NCBI GenBank assembly: GCA_943326825.2
Contig: CALPUT020000001.1
Coordinates: forward strand, 1-58,771
Direction of reading: 5' to 3'
Length of the DNA: 58,771 nucleotides
From: Chryseobacterium gleum
Lineage (GTDB): Bacteria > Bacteroidota > Bacteroidia > Flavobacteriales_D > Crocinitomicaceae
The notes beneath the pieces were generated by a model. The model searched no databases. It was not told the DNA's origin and saw only the letters and a list, made by a program, of their open reading frames with translations. Shown piece after piece: positions 58,240-58,771 of the stretch (its first letter is position 1; every line of letters starts with the position of its first letter). The position numbers and the translations under genes were made by a program.

Positions 58240-58334
58240 GAAATAATATTTTTATCAAATTAAATCAATAATTCCCAATTTGAAGTGTATAAAAGGATAT
58301 TCGGAAATAATCTAAGGTGAAAGGTTATTATACT

Positions 58335-58377
58335 AAAAAAGGTAATCCGTTTAAAAAAATATTAAACAGATTACCTT
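58335..58377 (-). terminator. Probable terminator after ndk
   Basis: AAGGTAATC.GTTTAA / TTAAAC.GATTACCTT with an A tract on +. Confidence 0.6.
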
Positions 58378-58389
58378 CAATTTTTTTAA

Positions 58390-58770
58390 TTAAAAAACTT
58401 CGTTTGCTGCGAAATGAAATTTTCCTTCAATTTCTGCATTTTCATCAGAATCAGAACCGTGAACTGCATTACGGCCTTTATTTTCAGCATATGCTTTACG
58501 GATTGTTCCTTCAGCTGCTTCAGCAGGATCAGTAGCTCCGATTAATTTTCTAAAATCTTCAACTGCGTTATCTTTTTCTAAGATAGCTGCAACGATTGGT
58601 CCTGAAGACATATATTCAACTAATTCTCCATAAAATGGACGTTCAGCGTGAACAGCATAAAATTCTTTCGCTTGTTCTACACTTAATTTAGTGTATTTTA
58701 AAGCTTTAATATCAAATCCAGCACCGATAATCATATCGATAATTTTACCCATGTAACCGTTCTCGATTGC
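58390..58770 (-). CDS. ndk: Nucleoside diphosphate kinase (5' end outside window)
   Basis: FYAVH.ERPFY, IGATDP, GTIR and NAVHGSD; frame is open to the window edge. Confidence 0.96.
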   Translation of the reverse strand, partial: AIENGYMGKIIDMIIGAGFDIKALKYTKLSVEQAKEFYAVHAERPFYGELVEYMSSGPIVAAILEKDNAVEDFRKLIGATDPAEAAEGTIRKAYAENKGRNAVHGSDSDENAEIEGKFHFAANEVF

Positions 58771-58771
58771 A

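Overview
AT-rich chromosomal window from a Bacteroidota genome, most likely Flavobacteriales (inferred from TAnnTTTG -7 promoters, A-rich start regions without Shine-Dalgarno sequences, type-B L31 and a T9SS-type C-terminal domain). Most of it is housekeeping: trhO (partial), lgt, aroK, a TrmH-family methyltransferase, HU, rpsF-rpsR-rplI, aconitase, xth, menB, mdh, pyrE, biotin ligase, rsfS-ftsH-cdsA-psd, gdhA, fbaA, accD, rpsO-pnp, yaaA, efp, an M16 peptidase pair and ndk (partial). I saw no tRNA, rRNA, CRISPR array, transposase or integrase. The main points of interest are: (1) an unannotated, GC-enriched, multi-helix structured RNA candidate at about 53105-53325 with its own promoter, which I cannot assign to a known family; (2) a sulfation cassette with cysC, a PAPS-dependent sulfotransferase, an arylsulfotransferase and a missed 53-aa membrane peptide; (3) an ECF sigma factor coupled to a membrane-anchored anti-sigma-like protein ending in a T9SS type-B-like domain; (4) readable regulatory sites, including ECF-like, sigma54-like and LytTR-like motifs and probable leaderless genes. 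All family calls come from motif recognition by eye, not database searches.
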